Under the pieces are notes generated by a model. It worked only from the letters and a program-made list of their open reading frames with translations. It was not told the origin of the DNA and searched no databases. DNA of 64,000 nucleotides from Macrostomum hystrix (Eukaryota > Animalia > Platyhelminthes): positions 14,756,001 through 14,820,000 of the forward strand of contig CATNEN010000039.1 of NCBI GenBank assembly GCA_950097015.1, in the 5' to 3' direction. This document shows positions 61,761 through 64,000 of this stretch, piece after piece. The stretch's first letter is position 1. Each line of letters opens with the position of its first letter. The position numbers were made by a program, and so were the translations under genes.

Positions 61761-62689
61761 TTCACGTAAACAACTAAATTCGCTGACTGTTTCGAGTCTG
61801 ACCTCCTTTTTATCCCAGATTGCTGCAGTTGGCCATATTTTATTCCCCAGTTGATAAAAGTGTCTTCAGTAGCAGTTGTATGCAATTCAATGTGAATGCA
61901 ATGCGCTAGCTAAGCTTTTTTCCTTTCTGTGTTAAAATTCGAATGACCAAATTTGCTACTTTTCTATCCGAAATTGACTACAGCGGGCAATAACTGTCTC
62001 CTGCTTTTGGAAACCACTTATGTGGTAGTAAATTGGCCTTCCTGTTTTTGGGATCTTCAAAAAATTTTGTCCGGCCTACTTCGCTAATTATCCGACTATG
62101 ACATTTGTCCTGCAGCATCTCAGAGAACTAGTTCGAATTGAAACACTTTGATGACTTCAAGTGGGCCGTCTCGTCCTTTCATTTTTAACTTGTGTCTTCT
62201 TGACAGGCAAACTGTTTCAGCTGCCTGCCTCGGCCAAGTGCCCTCCTGTGCATCAGCTAAACACCATCATCGGCCTGACACTCATGGCCACGTGTAATTA
62301 TAGACCTTTTCATTCAATATGCTGCCACGAGTTAGAAGTGAATCCAGGTGTGTCGCACATTCTATAATGTAGCCTTCAGCACCTGTGCTATGCAAAGGCT
62401 CTATGATCTCCCCTCTAGCAGGCTATGAATGCATTCTTGTAGTCGTTTTTGTTTCTTAAAGTTTTTTAAGTCAAAAGATTTGCGCACTTAATTTACCCGT
62501 TATGAGACTGTCCTTCTGACTGTCTAATTTTTTCTGTTTGTTTTATTTTGTTTTAAATAACTTTCTAAGAAGAGTAACTTAAACAATAAGTTGATTTAGA
62601 AAATCTGAATACTGATGATAATTTAATTATATACAAAGCTGTCACTAATGATTGTCAAGAGGTATAGTAACGCAGTAGATATAGTTACT

Positions 62690-62812
62690 GATACCTGTAC
62701 TCATTTAAAAACGGTGTGAACTGATGCAATTCAGAGTTAAGTGTCTTGCTAAGTGACACAAATTGTTCTAGTGAAGTCAGGAATCGAACCCCCGGCCATC
62801 AAGACATGAGTC
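62690..62812 (-). mobile_element. tRNA-derived V-SINE-like fragment
   Basis: Minus strand: B box GGTTCGATTCC followed by TGTGTCACTTAGCAAGACACTTAACTCT...TAAATGAGTAC, resembling the V-domain core. Confidence 0.65.
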
Positions 62813-64000
62813 CTATGAATTAAGCACAGGTAAGAATGACTAAAAGCAGGAATAACAGATTAGATACTACAACACAGGTAAGATGGATTAACAAGTGAAA
62901 TGCTACAACACTGGTAATAATATTTAAAAACACCAGCGAGATTCTGCGGTTTCAGGCAAGAATTATGACACTGGATTAACAGGTGAGACTATGGATCATT
63001 ATATAACTCCCAGATAACTAGCAGATGGGATTCTAGGTGAGACACTTGACTGCAAAATGTCAGGTAACCATGCAGCTCCCAGAGACGCCTGCATGCCTGC
63101 AGCTGCTTGTTGACTCCTTGTTAAGATTGACCGAAATGGAATGTGCCGACAATGACATCCATTACTGCAGAGCACTGGACATGCCCTAGCCTCTGTTTCC
63201 GACTGAATTAGCGACGCAGTCAGCTGGATGGCTTCATTTTTTCTTTAAAAAAAGATACTTGAACCAGCGACAACTGCCTTTATAATATCTTTGTGGACCT
63301 GCATGAGGAACCTTGTCTTGGCAACTGTGTTTCCGCCGAGCTTCCTCATCAGCATAGGTTAGACCGACACATGACTGAAGAACTGCCAAAGACTATTGGC
63401 ACACACATGATCAAGTGCGCGCATGTGACACCAGGGAATCAGCGGCAAGGGGGTCAGAGTAGGTCTTGTTGACACACTCCACTCGTGACAGAGAGCGAAT
63501 TATGTACCCCCGCAGACAAAAAACTGGACCTCTAAGCGGCAATTAAGGCTGGACTGTCTGTGGCCAAACCGGCTTCTTGAGTCAAACAGCTTCGCGCAGC
63601 AGCAGCAGCAGCAGCTAGTCCTAGTCTGTTTCTTTGACACAAACGAGTCAGTTGGCATCGAGACGCTGTGGGGTGCCCCCTCACTCCCCCGTCCCCCGGA
63701 TGAAGCTTGTTATCCCCGCTTTCCCTGGGTCAATTTCCCAGACTCGGCGGGGAGTCGAGTGGGATAAAAGACAGAGACTTAAAATCCAGTTTGTTATCCT
63801 CTCTCAGGTGCCATATTGCTTTCAATCAGGGAAGGAACGAATAGGATTCCGGCGACCTACCCCCGAACGGGTCGGCCGATAATTGGCTGGGCGCTGGAGA
63901 TGAGGGAGGCGAAAGTGACGGAACACTTGTTGCCGGGCGCTACTCGCGGTGGCCAATCCGAGAGCTACGCCAGCCCTGTTCCCCCCACCGATCCAATTCT

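Overview
Eukaryotic (invertebrate) genomic DNA, rich in repeats, with GT-AG introns and no prokaryotic features. It looks like a free-living flatworm such as Macrostomum, but that is inferred from style only. From left to right: (1) a 4-exon minimal RPA70-like gene with only OB folds A and B; (2) a head-to-tail chain of non-autonomous Helitrons carrying expanded 23-bp and 18-bp satellites; (3) a truncated Harbinger transposon, 48-, 18- and 17-bp satellites, a 2-exon Ly6/three-finger-like membrane protein gene and a hAT MITE; (4) a complete, young 10.6-kb LTR retroelement with 2,336-bp LTRs and a TTGA TSD that encodes Gag, a -1-frameshifted protease and an unknown Trp-rich ORF3, but no RT, RNase H or integrase, and that also holds duplicated structured-RNA-like segments and a candidate antisense spliced gene; (5) nested, decayed Mag-like and CsRn1-like Gypsy elements, an internally deleted maT-like Tc1/mariner, another satellite-bearing Helitron and a nearly intact Gypsy; (6) a tight same-strand cluster SMNDC1/SPF30 - unknown ORF - ALKBH1, followed by a 3.4-kb 21-bp satellite and a V-SINE fragment. 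The most novel candidate is the pol-less Gag-Pro-ORF3 LTR element. All family assignments come from motif recognition by eye; no searches were run.
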